A stretch of 64,000 bases of DNA from Vitrella brassicaformis CCMP3155. Taxonomy: Eukaryota > Protista > Chromerida. The stretch lies in NCBI GenBank assembly GCA_001179505.1, contig CDMY01000562.1:1-64000 (forward strand), written 5' to 3'. This document shows, piece by piece, positions 12,867 to 25,600 of this stretch. The translations under genes were made by a program, and so were the position numbers. The first letter of the stretch is position 1, and every line of letters begins with the position of its first letter. The notes beneath the pieces are model-generated. The model did no database searches. It was not told the DNA's origin and was given only the letters and a program-made list of their open reading frames with translations.

Positions 12867-13550
12867 GCAGGGGGAGGGGGAGGGGGAGAGTGGAGTGGAT
12901 GCTCCTTCGTTTTGTGAATATGGGCTTGTTTGTCAACTAGAGGTGCTGGGTGCTGGTGTGAACACTATGTGAATAGACATTGGCAGGTAGGGAGGGGTCG
13001 GTTGGTATGTGTTCCTGTGCCTGTCTGGTGAGTGTATGCTGTCCACCAGCTGCTTGCTGCCTACGTCATTGCACACATGGATGGATGATTGGATGGATGG
13101 ATGAGTGCGTCCATTCGTGTGTGGACATACGATAATGCCCCACTGTGTGTGTCATTGAGTACGATGATGCTTGAACAATGAATCAGCCCATCAATCATGG
13201 TGTACACAGAGAGACACGTACGATCACACGTGAGGTGAAGGGAAGGTAGATCGTTTCGACTACCGACACTCTACCTGGAAGCCCGTATGATACGATTCCT
13301 GCCCAAAGCAAAGGCGGCCTTCACTTAGTGACTCCACCACTCAGCTCTCCTCATCTAATTCTCATCAGAGAGGCAGCATTTCAATTCTCATCAATCGCAT
13401 GTGTTGTCCGCATAGGTACGTCCGCACCACTGACTTCTCACTGACGCATCACGTTATTCGCTCATAAGCACCATCGCTGATGGATATGAATGCGACGTCC
13501 ACGCGCACATACACATACACATACAACTGAATCATAGCAGCTATGCGTTC

Positions 13551-15257
13551 TTAAAACAGCTCATCGTCATCATCATAACCATCATCATCCTCGTCCCCGT
13601 CCTCATCCTCATCCTCGTCGTCTTCTCCGTCACTGTCATCGATGTTATAGTCAGGAAAGTCCACTTCGAGCTCGACGATGCCCTCACACGCCATTTGGCA
13701 GCACTCAAAATGCCACTCACCGCACTTCATCTCACTCGGGTGCACATCATACTCCAAATACTGCATAGCAACAACGTACAGACATCAGTATTCGTGCACA
13801 GCTACGATATGCGTAAGTGTCTCAAAGACATACATGCTTCTGAGGCGCATCGCTACCAACGCGTTTGCCATTATAGAATACTCTGACTTTGAACGGTTCG
13901 TCCTCTAACGCCTCGTACGTCCCGGGATACCCCAGCGCCAGCCCAACAGCCTCTGCGATCACTGTATACTCTTTGGCCTCGTAGAAAGTCCGCCTTACAT
14001 GACTATATCGGGGGTGCTTCCGATTCGCCAATATCCAACCACCCTGACACACACACATACCACCACACAGATTCCGGCAAGCCATGCATGCCAACAAGCG
14101 CTGATCATATCACACTTTGAATCCAGTGTGCCGCTCAGGTTGGCCCGCTGTAAGGGTATAGCTTGTGGTGCGCATCTCGTGGGTGATTTCGTGCAGCTCC
14201 ATCTCAATCCCGTCAATCTTTGTCGCCTCTAGAAATGGACGGAACGCTCTCTCAACGATGCCTCTTGCATAATCAGGACACCTGCACATACAGCACAGGA
14301 CACACACGTACAACAATCTTTAGCTAAGCCCCATCCCTCGTTCTGTCATGCCTTACTTGTACACATGGATCAGGACACACGGTTTGATACCGACAAGCAG
14401 TAGCAATAATTCTCCCACCAGGCTCATCTGCTTGATGATTTCTGCCACCGACTTGTCCTCTCCCGCGCATAGCTTCTGCCGGTCCGCCGTTGACAAGCTA
14501 TCGAAATACTGCCCCTCCAGAGTCTCAAAATAGTCAAATGCATGCCCGATCTTCTCGCGTGCTTCTGGTGTAGCCATGAGGCCCTCAAATGCTCGACGGA
14601 TCTTCCCTTTCGTCATAGGGCTTTCTGTGATATGCAGCGTCGCCTCAGCGCCCCATATCGGACCCAATTGTAAGAACTCCTGGGCCGTAAGTAGAAGGCG
14701 TATAGCTGTTTGTTTTCAGGAAGTCTGACGGCACACAACATGGATAGACAGCGACAACACTAGAGAGAATGGCAACATGTAATGGCTTTTCTCACGCCAG
14801 CTCACGCTTTAAGACCGTCTTGCAGCGTCGTAACAGCAACCGGGTATTTCTTCTGAAGCACGCAAGTATAAAGCAGCAGTTCAACATGCCTGCTGTTCTC
14901 TTTGCCGTATCCGTACCTGTCGTATTAGCACAGTAGCCTTCCGTGCCCATGCCTTCACCAGCTTTGGGTTGGCCTCCAGCGCCGCGCTGAAATCGTCCAG
15001 CGCCACCGACAGATGGCCTTGATGCATCAGACACGCGCCCTTGTCTGTGTGAAGCATAGCCACACAGACAGACATCATGTGTGCATTGTTCCAAGCAGTG
15101 GCTGCTTACTGGCGAGAATGACGGCTCTGTTGGCTGTGTCGGTCGTCGGCAAGCGCTGCAGGGCATCCTGGTACGTGTTGTGCGCCTCGGGAAACTGGCC
15201 CTGATTGTACAGCTGGTTGCCCAGTCTGCCAAGTTGTAGCGCAGCACCTCCCTTCAT
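13551..15257 (-). CDS. TPR-repeat protein with an unknown central domain and acidic tail; apparent 1-nt frameshift near 14690
   Basis: MKGGAALQLGRLGNQLYNQGQFPEAHNTYQDAL and KGACLMHQGHLSVALDDFSAALEANPKLVKAWARKATVLIRQ|KKYPVAVTTLQDGLK are TPR helices. Later exons (GPIWGAEA..., CPDYARG..., GGWILANRK..., YLEYDVHP...DDDDELF*) splice in frame with each other. Confidence 0.62.
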
Positions 15258-15408
15258 GACGCTTGCCCCGCTCCTGGATCTCACTGAGTGTCTGAAGGGC
15301 TCTCGGGTAGCTCTGTCGTGAAACCGCCAGGGTTGTAAGCGATCGGCCTCAAGGATTGTCCCTGACAGGTGACGCTTTCTCACACAGTCTGCCGAGTAGG
15401 GTCGTCCC

Positions 15409-18400
15409 ATGTCGCAGCGTGAGCCGTCCTCCATCTTCGCCTCGTGTTGCCTGTTCTTTGTGCCGATGGACGGGCTGTCGGCACGGGCCACGAAATTGAT
15501 GAAGCCACGCGTCCTCGAAATGGGAGGGAGAGTGGAGGACCAGCTCACCGTGATATTCAGCGGAGATCTCACACAGCAGGAGGAGGATGACAACGATGTC
15601 ATTGATCTCGAGCAAGACGACGAGCGCGTCATGAACCCCGTCGTGACGCACCTCATTGTTGCGAGGAGTGTCAACAGCGATGTGAGCAGACACCACAAGG
15701 CGGACGGGGGCCATTTGTATGAGTCGGTTCTTTCGATGGGTTGTACTTTGTTTGTTCATATATGCAGTCGTTTCTTCGCTATCTGGGGCGGCATGACATC
15801 AGCGAGGCCATGATAGCTCGGCTGCACGTGGTCACCGACGGTTGGGTGACAGACTCGATCAAGAAAAAGCAGAGGCTCAACGAAAAAGGTGCGTATACAC
15901 CACCACACGGACAGACATGCGTCCAGACTTTCTCTGTGTCCAGACCACCAGTTCCCCTACCACAGCGTCGCCAGCAGTCCAGCGTTGTCCCGCCAGGCCA
16001 CCCCGACGCAGAGCCCCCCGCCCCCCTCCCCTCCCCTCACCCCTCCCGACCCCCCTCTCCCCCTCGCCCTTGCTGCTAGTGGTGGTGCTACGGTGCCGCG
16101 TGTGCCGGCGGTCAAGATGGAAGCGTCCATCCCTGAGGTCAAGATGGAGGTGTGTAGTGCACATGGTGGTGGTGGTGAGGAGGAGGAGTATCACCACACC
16201 AGGCCTAGCATGGAGAGGAACAGACGCCTAGCGAAGGTGGGTGGGTGGCAGGCAGGCAGACAGGCAAGACAGTAAGGGGTCCACCCGTCCGCCTGTGTGT
16301 CTGTGTGTATGTGTGTATATGCAGATGTTCAAGCAGCTGTCGAGTGTGTACAAGGCCATAGCGACCGAGCCGAGTCAGGATTTTCAGCGCTACCGGCATT
16401 ACAGCAGGATCTCGGAGATCGTGTCGACGTGGCCAGAGCCCATCGAGTCGGTGCAAGACCTGCGCCCTCTGCGCGGGTGCTACGGCGCCAAGACGGATGA
16501 GAAGGTCAGTGCATGCGTCGGCTTAGAGGGAGCCGCCGATCCATGTGTTCCTTCCTTCGTCATGTGCTTACAGGTGAATGAGTTCTTCAGAACGGGGTCC
16601 TCGCAGCGGCTGGCACACCTGCTGGTAAGGGAGAGTGCGAGGGCGAGGGTGAGGGGAGATTTCTCCTGCATGCTTCTCTGCTGCGTTTGCTGTGTGCTGA
16701 ATGACCACGTACGTAGTCGGACGAGCGCACGAAGGCCTTCATGGAGTTCCAGCAGATATGGCATGTCGGCGCCGCGGAGAGCAACAAGCTGTATAGGCGA
16801 GGTGAGCCAGAGGCAGGGAGCAATGAACATGTCCACAATCGTGTCGAAACGATGCTCATACATCGGTGGATGGATGGCTGTTGCAGGCCTGCGCACGTTG
16901 GCTGACGTGAAGAGGCACCCTGAGTACCTGTCGACCGACCTACAACGGGTGAGTGCGTGAGTGAGTGGGTGGGGTGGGTGGGTGGACCGATGGACGCGCG
17001 TGTTGTCGCCGCTTCCACACACATGGCAGGATGTCTGTCTGTCTGTCTGTCTGTTTGGCCGGTCGGTCGGTCGGTCGGTCGGTCGGTCGGTCAGCGCTGC
17101 CTCAAGTACGTCGAGGATTTCCAGAAGAAGATGACGCGAGCAGAGGTGGAGGAGGCGCACCAGCAGGTGGGCTCCCGTGGATCACATGCACAGCGCTGCA
17201 CTGCACAGCACAGCACACGGGGATGGATGTATGGGTGTTGTCTTGCGTGTGGTGGTGGTTGGTGTGCATCCATACATACAGGTGTGTAGTGTGGCTGAGC
17301 GGTTGTATCCAGGTGAGCTGCACATCGTCCTGACCGGCTCCTACCGCCGCGGCGATGCCCAGACGAAGGACATCGATTTCCTGATTACCAGACACGTACA
17401 CACAGCACACAAGACACACACGAACACTCTCACACACACGTGGAGAGGGGTTCCGTGGTGTGGTGTGCTGTGGTGTTGCTGCTGTCCCATCCGTCCATCC
17501 ATCTGTCTGAAGGATGACAGGGAGGTTGCTGACGAAGTGAATCGGATTGTAGACAGGTAGAACGGTGGCAGACACGCCCACCACCCACTCACCCCACACA
17601 GACGCTCCTTGTGGGTCGGTGTGTACCTTTCTCTGATTGGTATATGCTATGCAGTCTGAGCCATGACGGCTTCATGACGGACACGCTAGTGCTGTCGCCG
17701 GGGTGTGGATTCGGCGCCAAGTCAGAGCACAAGTCGGTCACTTTCTACGGCGTCTGCCGGCCGCGCAAGGGAGGGCCTCTGCGGCGGATCGATATGTGGG
17801 TGAGTGAGGCGGGGAGAGAAGGGGATGGATGGATTGATGGATTGATGGATGGACGGCATTGTTTTGTCCTCTCTGCGTGCAGATGCAGCACCGGTCTGAG
17901 TATGCCTTCGCACTGCTGCACTGCACCGGTGATTGGGGGGGGTGGCTGGGTGGGTCACTCACAGACGACACACACCATCCGTCCATCTCATCTCTCCGTC
18001 CGGATACATGCATGCCATTATATATGTGCAGGGTCGGCCCAGTTCAACATAACGATGCGCACACACGCCGACAAGATGGGTCTGCAGCTGACGCAGCACA
18101 AGCTGGCCAAAGTGATCGAGGCCACCGGCAGCAAACAGGCAGGCATAGCAGGCAAAAGGCCGTCTCTCCCTGCACACCTGTGCATGTGTGTGTGTGTGTG
18201 TGTGTGTGTGTTAGGGGGCTCGCCGCAGCGGCCAATCGCGGAACCTCGTGAGTGAGCGAGGCAGACAGGCAGGCAGGCAGGCAGACAGGCAGACAGACAG
18301 ACAGGCAGACATGCGCTGAGCGACGATGGATGCACCCACACGCGACTAGCTGAATGCACGGCGCCTCTCTGGCTGTCTGTGTGCAGACGCATGAGGGGCC

Positions 18401-18874
18401 CCCCATCCCGTGCGAGACAGGTATGTGGGCGCATTGGATGGATGGATGGATGGATGTGTCGACTCGTGTGTTTGTCAGAGGAGGAGATCTTCACGGCAAT
18501 GGGCCTTCGCTACCGCCCGCCGCCGCAGCGGTTCCACGACAGGGACTTCGGAGCCGAGTGCCACGAGGCCATCGCACACCGAAAACTCACCTGGTGATCG
18601 GAGGGACGGACATACATCGCCACCGTGCCTGTGGGTCACGTCTGTCTGTCTGTCTGTCTGTGGGTGTGTATGGGTCAGGTATTGGCCTGATGGTGGTGCA
18701 GTGGATTCTAGTGGGGAGCCGCTGGCCAAGAGACGGAAGAAGGACGACATACCCCGGCCGCCCATAGTGGATCAGCTGCTGGTGCGGCAGCAGCACCAGC
18801 TGCAGCTGAAGAGGGAGAGGGCCATGGCCGCCGGCAACTTGAAGGGTGCCATGATGGCGCTCAAGGGGGCGTGA
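15409..18874 (+). CDS. X-family DNA polymerase (Pol lambda/mu-like) with N-terminal BRCT domain
   Basis: BRCT motifs (IFASCCLFFV, VTHLIV, LHVVTDGWVTDSI). 8-kDa HhH region (RGCYGAKTDEKV). Catalytic TGSYRRGDAQTKDIDFLI, RRIDMW, ALLHCT|GSAQFNITMR and EEEIFTAMGLRY. The 3' end is either the stop at 18597 or a spliced tail with KRRKK ending at 18874. Confidence 0.93.
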
Positions 18875-19359
18875 TGGACTTGTAAGAGCTGCCTGCCTGC
18901 CTGCCTGCCTGGCTTGCTGATAGATGTGTGTAAATATGTAGCGCGGCCGAGGGCACGCTGTGTTGTGTCTGTGTAGACACCGTGGTGGCCTCGCTGACTA
19001 CGGATGCGTCCATGTGTGTGTGTGTGTTGATTGAATCAGCTCCCTCCTGAGAGAGAGTGCATCATGCAGAGGTTGATCTGATCTGGTATGGGTTGGTTGA
19101 GGTTCTCGTGCAGGCCTGGTGCATGGCATGCGCAAACAGACGTCCATCCATCCATCCATCTAGCCATCCATCCATCCGTCCATCCATAGCTATCGATAGC
19201 TATGCACAAGCAGCGCGCCAAAGCCTGGCTACCTGGTCCAAAAGCTACACCCTACACTAACAACTCTCGCACACACCATTGCAACAATTCCACAAAGTGT
19301 CGGTCCACTCCGTCGGCCCATCTATGTCTGTGTGTCTGTCTGTTGATCTGTCTGTCTAT

Positions 19360-20891
19360 CTATCCGCCCTTGGCCTCTGTGTGCTCGGAGTGCAGCGCGT
19401 CGGCGAGTCCTGAGAAGACCAGGCCGTAGGCGAACAGGTACACGCCGTCGAAGATGCGGTAGTTCTCCCCCGCCAGGGCGTCCAGCTCACGCAGCAGAGA
19501 CGGCACCTCGATCCGCAGGATCTGAACCAAATCATACAGACACATAGACAGACAGATAGACAGAGAGATGCCGGCACCTCTGTGTGTGTGTGTGTGTGCG
19601 TGTGTGTGTGTGTGGATGGCTGAACCGCACCTCGATATCTTCCTCCTCGTCCAAGCTGATGAACCATGAACAGCGCCAGGCAGCCAGACAGGTGACAGAC
19701 GGGCTCAGTGACGGCACTCCTTCCTTCCCTCCCTGACTCCCTCACTCTTGCTTTGGGTGGTGGTTCTTCTCGTCGTCCAGGTCGACCTTCAGCGTCACCA
19801 CGTGGATGCTCTCAGCCGTCATGCCAGGACTCAAACACAGCTGCATGCAGCCGGTGTGTCCATCTCCTTAACCATGTGTGCATGTGCAGACGTAGGGAGC
19901 GTACCTCAGGCGACACGTGCACAACATCGTTGCCGATGCGCGACCCCTCCAGCGGCTCGCCGATATAGCCTGTTTCCTCCTTCAGCTCACGCAGCTGACG
20001 GGGGGGCCGCAACACCAACAACCAACCAACCAACCAATCAGGTGTGTGTGCGTCGGCTGCACAGACAGACGCCCTCTTTCTGTCTGTGCCATGCTTACCG
20101 CTGCCTGAAGGGGCGTCTCGCCTGAAAGCATAATGGATGGAACGGACAAACGGGGAGATCCGCTTCCACGTCCTTGGCTCTCTCTGTGTGTGCGTGTCGG
20201 TGCGTGTGTGTGTGTGTGCGTGCGTGTCTGCCTACCAGGGTCGATGAGGCCGGCGGGGAACTCAATGGTGTACGCATTGACCGGCGGGCGGAACTGCTTC
20301 TGCATCGAGATGAGACGACGATCAATTTGGTACACACATCCATCCAGACAACAGAAGAAACACATGTCGTCTTCTTGTATCTCATCGTCTGTCTCACCAC
20401 GAACAGGAGTTTGGGGTTTTCCGTGTGGCTAGTGAGGAGAGCGACCACAGCCACTGCATCGGCACCCGAGTGCGCCTTGGTGTCCGGACCCTCCTCGTCC
20501 ACAGCCTCACCACGCCGCTCGGCAGCAGTGGTCCGCGCGCAGCTGCACGTCGAATGAATGAATGCATGTTGGAAACCACACCAGGGAGAGGCAGACAATG
20601 AACGATGGGATGAGTGTGCACGTGTAAGCCCATCCATCAAACAGCCATGAAGTCAGCACCTGTCCCATCTGCACACACACACAACAAAGATGCGCAGACG
20701 ATATGAGAAGGGATGGATCTTGGCTGCTGGTGCGTCACGTTTTCGTCCCGATCTGCCCGCCCGGCTTACTTCCTGGTGTTGCCTTTGGTGTCCTTGTAGA
20801 GGATGGACTGCAGCTTCAGCCACAAAGCTCGGGCTGTCGTCGTGCAGCTCACAACGTGAGCACTGCCGGCATGGAGATGAGTCGACGACAT
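19360..20891 (-). CDS. Nudix hydrolase, ADP-ribose pyrophosphatase (NUDT5/Ysa1-like)
   Basis: Spliced Nudix box GLIDP|GETPLQAA|LRELKEETGY, plus KQFRPPVNAYTIEFPAG, DAVAVVALL and SPGMTAE. N-terminal LWLKLQSILYKDTKGNTRK|WD|SCARTT uses a 9-nt microexon at 20660-20668. Confidence 0.9.
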
Positions 20892-20952
20892 GGCTTCTTA
20901 GGGACAAAAGATTCCGGCTGTTTTCCTTTTCCTGCTCGCTCCTTATGTTTTG

Positions 20953-20997
20953 AGGGTTTCAAACCCTGAAGCCCCACGCAGCTCGCACCGCGCTGCA
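20953..20997 (+). promoter_or_regulatory. Shared ~45-bp element, copy 1 (in a bidirectional promoter)
   Basis: agggtttcaaaccctgaagccccacgcagctcgcaccgcgctgca is near-identical to 28588-28634. It lies between the divergent ATGs at 20891 and 21028. Confidence 0.55.
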
Positions 20998-21027
20998 TTC
21001 CGTGAAACCGCTCTCTCGCTGAGCGGC

Positions 21028-21494
21028 ATGCAGATGCAGCAGCAGCAACAACATGACCAGCATCCCTTCTCGTACATCTTGGTTGGTCGCCGCAGCTTCT
21101 ATCTCCTCAGCCTCACGGACATACTCCAGCTGAGAGCCACCTGCACATGGCTCAGAGATCTCTTCGGAGCGGCCCAGCTGCGAGATCGGCTCCGCCACTC
21201 TGTCGGCTCACAGGCGGGGCTGCGGCGGCTGGTCAACGGGCAGCAAGTGCAGCTGGTGCGGTTCGACGATGAGCAGTTCGAGGTGTGTGACCTGCTGGCG
21301 GCTGTGTGTGTGATGGAGGAGGGGAGCTGGGTGGAGATCGGCGTGGTCATTGAGCTGGCGGGGCAGTGCGGCTACTGTAAGCTGCCTGTCATCCTCACAG
21401 CTGATGACATCAACGCACACGCCAGCAAGACGGTAAGGCACACACACAGGGGCGGGGGGAGGGAGGTGCACTCATTCCTCTCTCTCTCTCGCTC

Positions 21495-21531
<37 letters not shown>

Positions 21532-22395
21532 GTGTGTGTGGTGTAGGCGTATAGCTCAGTAGCTCGTGTGTTGGCGCAGCTCATGGTGGTCGGCCGCCAT
21601 GTGGACTTCCGCGACGGCAGCTGCCTGCAGATCTTCCGTTATGGCGATAGTGAGATGAGGGCCATCGAGGACGACCCCGTCTTTCAGCTGACTATCAACC
21701 CGCCCCTCCCTGCCCACCATCTGTATCAGCAGCACCGACTAGAGCATGACCCACCAGTGCACAGCCGCATCTACTACTTGGGCGGATGGCAGTCGTTGGG
21801 TCTCCCGTACACCGATGCGTCACTGTCGTCCTTCGTCAAGCGTGTGATCCTCCGCCACTTCTTCAAGACTCACCAGATCAATAGCACATCGATATCACTC
21901 AGCAGGTAACACCACGTCAATGGCACCAGTGGCGAGAGGGGTGCGCCTTCGATTGTGTGTGTGTGTGTGTGTGTGGTTGGTTCAGGCGTGTTGGTGGGGG
22001 CCGTCTAGATGGCCTCCTCGCCCAGTCGCCCCACACACCAGTGGCCGGATGCACCACCACAATGAGCTGGGACGGTGACATGCGGCGGCTGGTGGTCACC
22101 GACGGCACACACGACTTCGTCGCATGGATTTACGTGTGGAGACCATCGCGAGGTGCCTCAGGTCAGTCAGGTCGGCAGACGGTGAGCTCAGCCTTAGCCG
22201 CTAAGTTAGATGTTGCTGACGTCCTCTCTGTGGTTGTGTTGTTTGCCTGCAGCGTGGGTTGACGTCTGGACGACCGAGGCGCCCGTAGTGTGTGCGAGCA
22301 GTGCCTTTAAGGACCGCTTCCCCGTGACCACTCAGCTGGCCCGTATGGCGTTGGGGCCAGTGGCGCCATACGTCTTCGACGGACAAGTAGAATGA
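21028..22395 (+). CDS. Lineage-specific hypothetical protein with an F-box-like N-terminal motif (4 exons)
   Basis: MQMQQQQQHDQHPFSYILVGRRSFYLLSLTDILQLRATCTWLRDL..., then exons at about 21547-21905, 21985-22160 and 22252-22395 joined by GT-AG introns and ending ...YVFDGQVE*. Confidence 0.68.
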
Positions 22396-22699
22396 TGATG
22401 ACGTGACGACGGTAGGGACACGGGCAAACACAAGCAGGCGCCGGATGGACCGCACGAGGTGGCTTGTGTTGTGTGTGGTTGTGTGTTATCTGTCGTGGTA
22501 GCTTCCGACGATGGCAGCGATGATGAGGGCAGTGCAGGTCTCTAGGAGGGAGGGAAGGCACACAGCACATAAGTGTGTCCCTCCCTGTGCACTCGACAGG
22601 TGATGCTGTCTGATTGAGCGGTCAATAAGCTCTGGTACGCCACAGAAATGCCACGCGCGAAGCCGATGAATGGTTCGGTCATCCTAAAGGCGTTGTGTG

Positions 22700-25600
22700 T
22701 GTGTGTTATCAGGAGGGTTTCTTGGCGTCTCTATGGCCGGGCCGGTCCGTGTGCGCGCAGGCCGAATGGTGGTCGGTGTACCACTCACTCGCCTCGGATC
22801 TGGGATGACCAGGAGTTACCATATGCCCCTGATGACGCGTCGCGTCAGTTAGGCTGTGGCTCTGCTTTTTGTCCGTGCGTCTCTCCCTCCCCCTCCCCCT
22901 CCATCTCTGTATGTCTGTCTGTGTGAATAGAGATCTTCTCGTCCTCATGGCTGGCTGGCTGGCTGGCTGGCTGTGGTGGGGGCTGTGGGTGCTTGGTGCT
23001 CTTCGCTGCTGCAGTGGCCGATTTTGATGAGATGCTCCGAGGTGTGTGACTCTGTTTGGCTGCCTGGTCGGGTCACCCGCAATCAATGCATGTGTGTGTG
23101 CTGATAGAGACCTCTCCCTCAATGATTGTGCGTGTGGTGGAGTGTGTTTCCCTAGCGGACACTCCCACACCCCCAGGGACGTGGGTCCAGCCATGGGAAC
23201 ATAGGGGTGGACAGCAGCTCCAGGATGGGCTGCTTTTGGATGCATTCTTTGTGGACAAAGAATGTTGATGCCCAGCTGAAGCCAGAAGAGACCAACTCTC
23301 GGATCACGAGGGGGGAGAGGATGACAACAGCAGAGTGCTCCTGGCATCACAAGCCAAAGCACAAGCGAACAATCGGTGCCGGATGCAGGAAATTTACGAA
23401 TTGGCGAGAATTTGAGACGGATGGGGAGTAATGGAGATCTAGGCAGAAGCGTCCCCACAAGGTCGCCTTCAGCTACAACATCATCTCCAGATGCCCCGGT
23501 AGTGTTGGTCGAATTCACTCCCTGGTTCTGCGTCAATCAACGAGGAGAGCAAGCCAAGCGAGCCGATCGAGGAGGGCAGCTACGATGGGTCGTCACCCGC
23601 TGCCCGCCGAACCCACAACCAAACGACCGCCGCCCCGTCACCAACCGATGGCCCCTTGGCCTCGACCGACCCATTCTACTCATTCCCCTACATGCCCCCC
23701 GTTCCCACTTTTCCCCCGCTACCATCGGCTGCTGGCGTATCACTTGACGAACACGGGGTCGACCACAATTACACCCAACAACAAGAGACTCCTGTCGTCT
23801 CATCGCGGGGGTACGGAAAGAGGAGGGCGTCGAGCGAGCCGTCGAGCCATCGGACGCGGGCAGAGGAGGAAAAGTTAATGAACGGAGGAAAGTTAATGAA
23901 GGCATTGGACGGATGGGTTGTGTCATTAAATGATGGTTTCGTGCCTGATTGTCACAGTTGTCTAGCGTCTCAGGGGGGTACGCATTGTCTCGTGTGACCA
24001 TGAATGATGCTGCGGGGAGGGCGGAGGGCGCCGCTACTGACGCCGCGGCAAGGCCCGCTTCATCTTCACCATTCTCGGCGGGCATGTTGTCGGTAATGGC
24101 TGGATGGAGGGACAACAGTGAGATGGAGACAAACACGTGTGTGCTTGCTTTTCCGTGGTGGCCAGACGTTCTTTGAGAGGTCTTCGACCGAGGACGTCAC
24201 CATGCCTCCACCGCCACCACTCGGCTCCATCGCTCAACTACCCCCGGCCCTCTCGTCACTCTCGAGGTGCGCGCCCACTAGCCACCCCTGCAAGAGATTT
24301 GGCATGTATGTCTCTGTGTTTCTGACCATCTCCAGTATGTGTACGTGAGATGGTCAAACTGGGCGTCATCCGCCACTTCGCTGATCACGTGGATATCCCG
24401 ATGTGGTCCCTCAACCGCCATGTGATGCAAATCGACACAAAGGCCAACTACCGCGCCAGCGTCAAGAACCGAGACCTCTCATACATGGTCGGGATGTGCG
24501 CGACCGACTGGAAGGAGGGGTACTACAACAATGAGGCGCTGCTTGGATGCTACAGCGCCAATTGGGGTGCCACAGGCTTCACGAGGCACACGGTAGACTC
24601 AACCAACAGACTCGGCGACAGCACCCTTGTGCGTTGTCGATCAGTTGGTGTTCACCCTTCGCTCGATCAAGACTCAGCTGCCAGCGTCAGCAGGCTTCTA
24701 CAAGAGCGGCGGAGAAGCCAAAAGCGGGCGGGACCTCTACCTCTTGGACTCAAACGTTAGACATGCATCACATGTGTATGTGTAGTTAGTGGCGACCTGC
24801 CGATCATGTATTTTGCATGCGGTGCATGTACGGATGCATTTGTGCAGGATGACGAAAATGAGGCTAACCAGCCGCACACCCATCTCGAGGGGCGAGAGGA
24901 CTGGTTGCGCGTGTTCGACGACGGTGGCCACACATTGACGCAGCGAATGGACTACCTCCAACATCTCGACGACGCCATGGAGAGGGTGCGTAAGCTCGAG
25001 ACAGCAGCAGCGATGATCGGGGCATCGCCAGGGCAAGACGCGAGCATGGGCGTCGGTGCTGCTACGACGCCAATGGACGTCGACGGGGGCGCCGGGCGGC
25101 TGGTGATGGTGAATCCATCAACTGCAAGTATCGCCTCGACGACGGCCACTTCCACTGGGACTGCAAACGGCTGACGCACGACAAGACAGCTAGACCTCCT
25201 TCATACCGAATCATTCAGCCATGGCGCCAGAGACGAGGAAACTCTCAACGAGGATACTCTCAAAGACCTGGTCAACAGCCTAAACTTCCAGATAGACGTC
25301 CAAATGGAAGATTAGATGCGGCTGATCGAACACACCTTCCCTGTCTCTCTTGTCGAAGGTCTGCATGCGACGGCATCTTCGCAGGGGCTCTTGCGAGGCT
25401 GCGAGAGTGCCCGCTTTGCGAGGTAATGGCCCCAAGCCCGACCATGCTGTGCTGCTTCGCGTCGATTACAACGCTCTCAAGGCTCTCTGCGCCAACCCTG
25501 TTGACAAGCAAGTGCACTTTCTGCAGCAGCGGAGAACATGTACGAGATGGAAGAGAACATGGCCAAAACAAATGGAAGCTTCAATGTTTTCGTCGCTGTT

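Noticed and set aside
23320-23520. WRKY-, chromo- or AP2-like motif in 'FETDGE*WRSRQK...' and 'TWVQPWEH'
   Set aside because: Only 3-4 residues match, the metal ligands and aromatic cage are absent, and the frame contains a stop.
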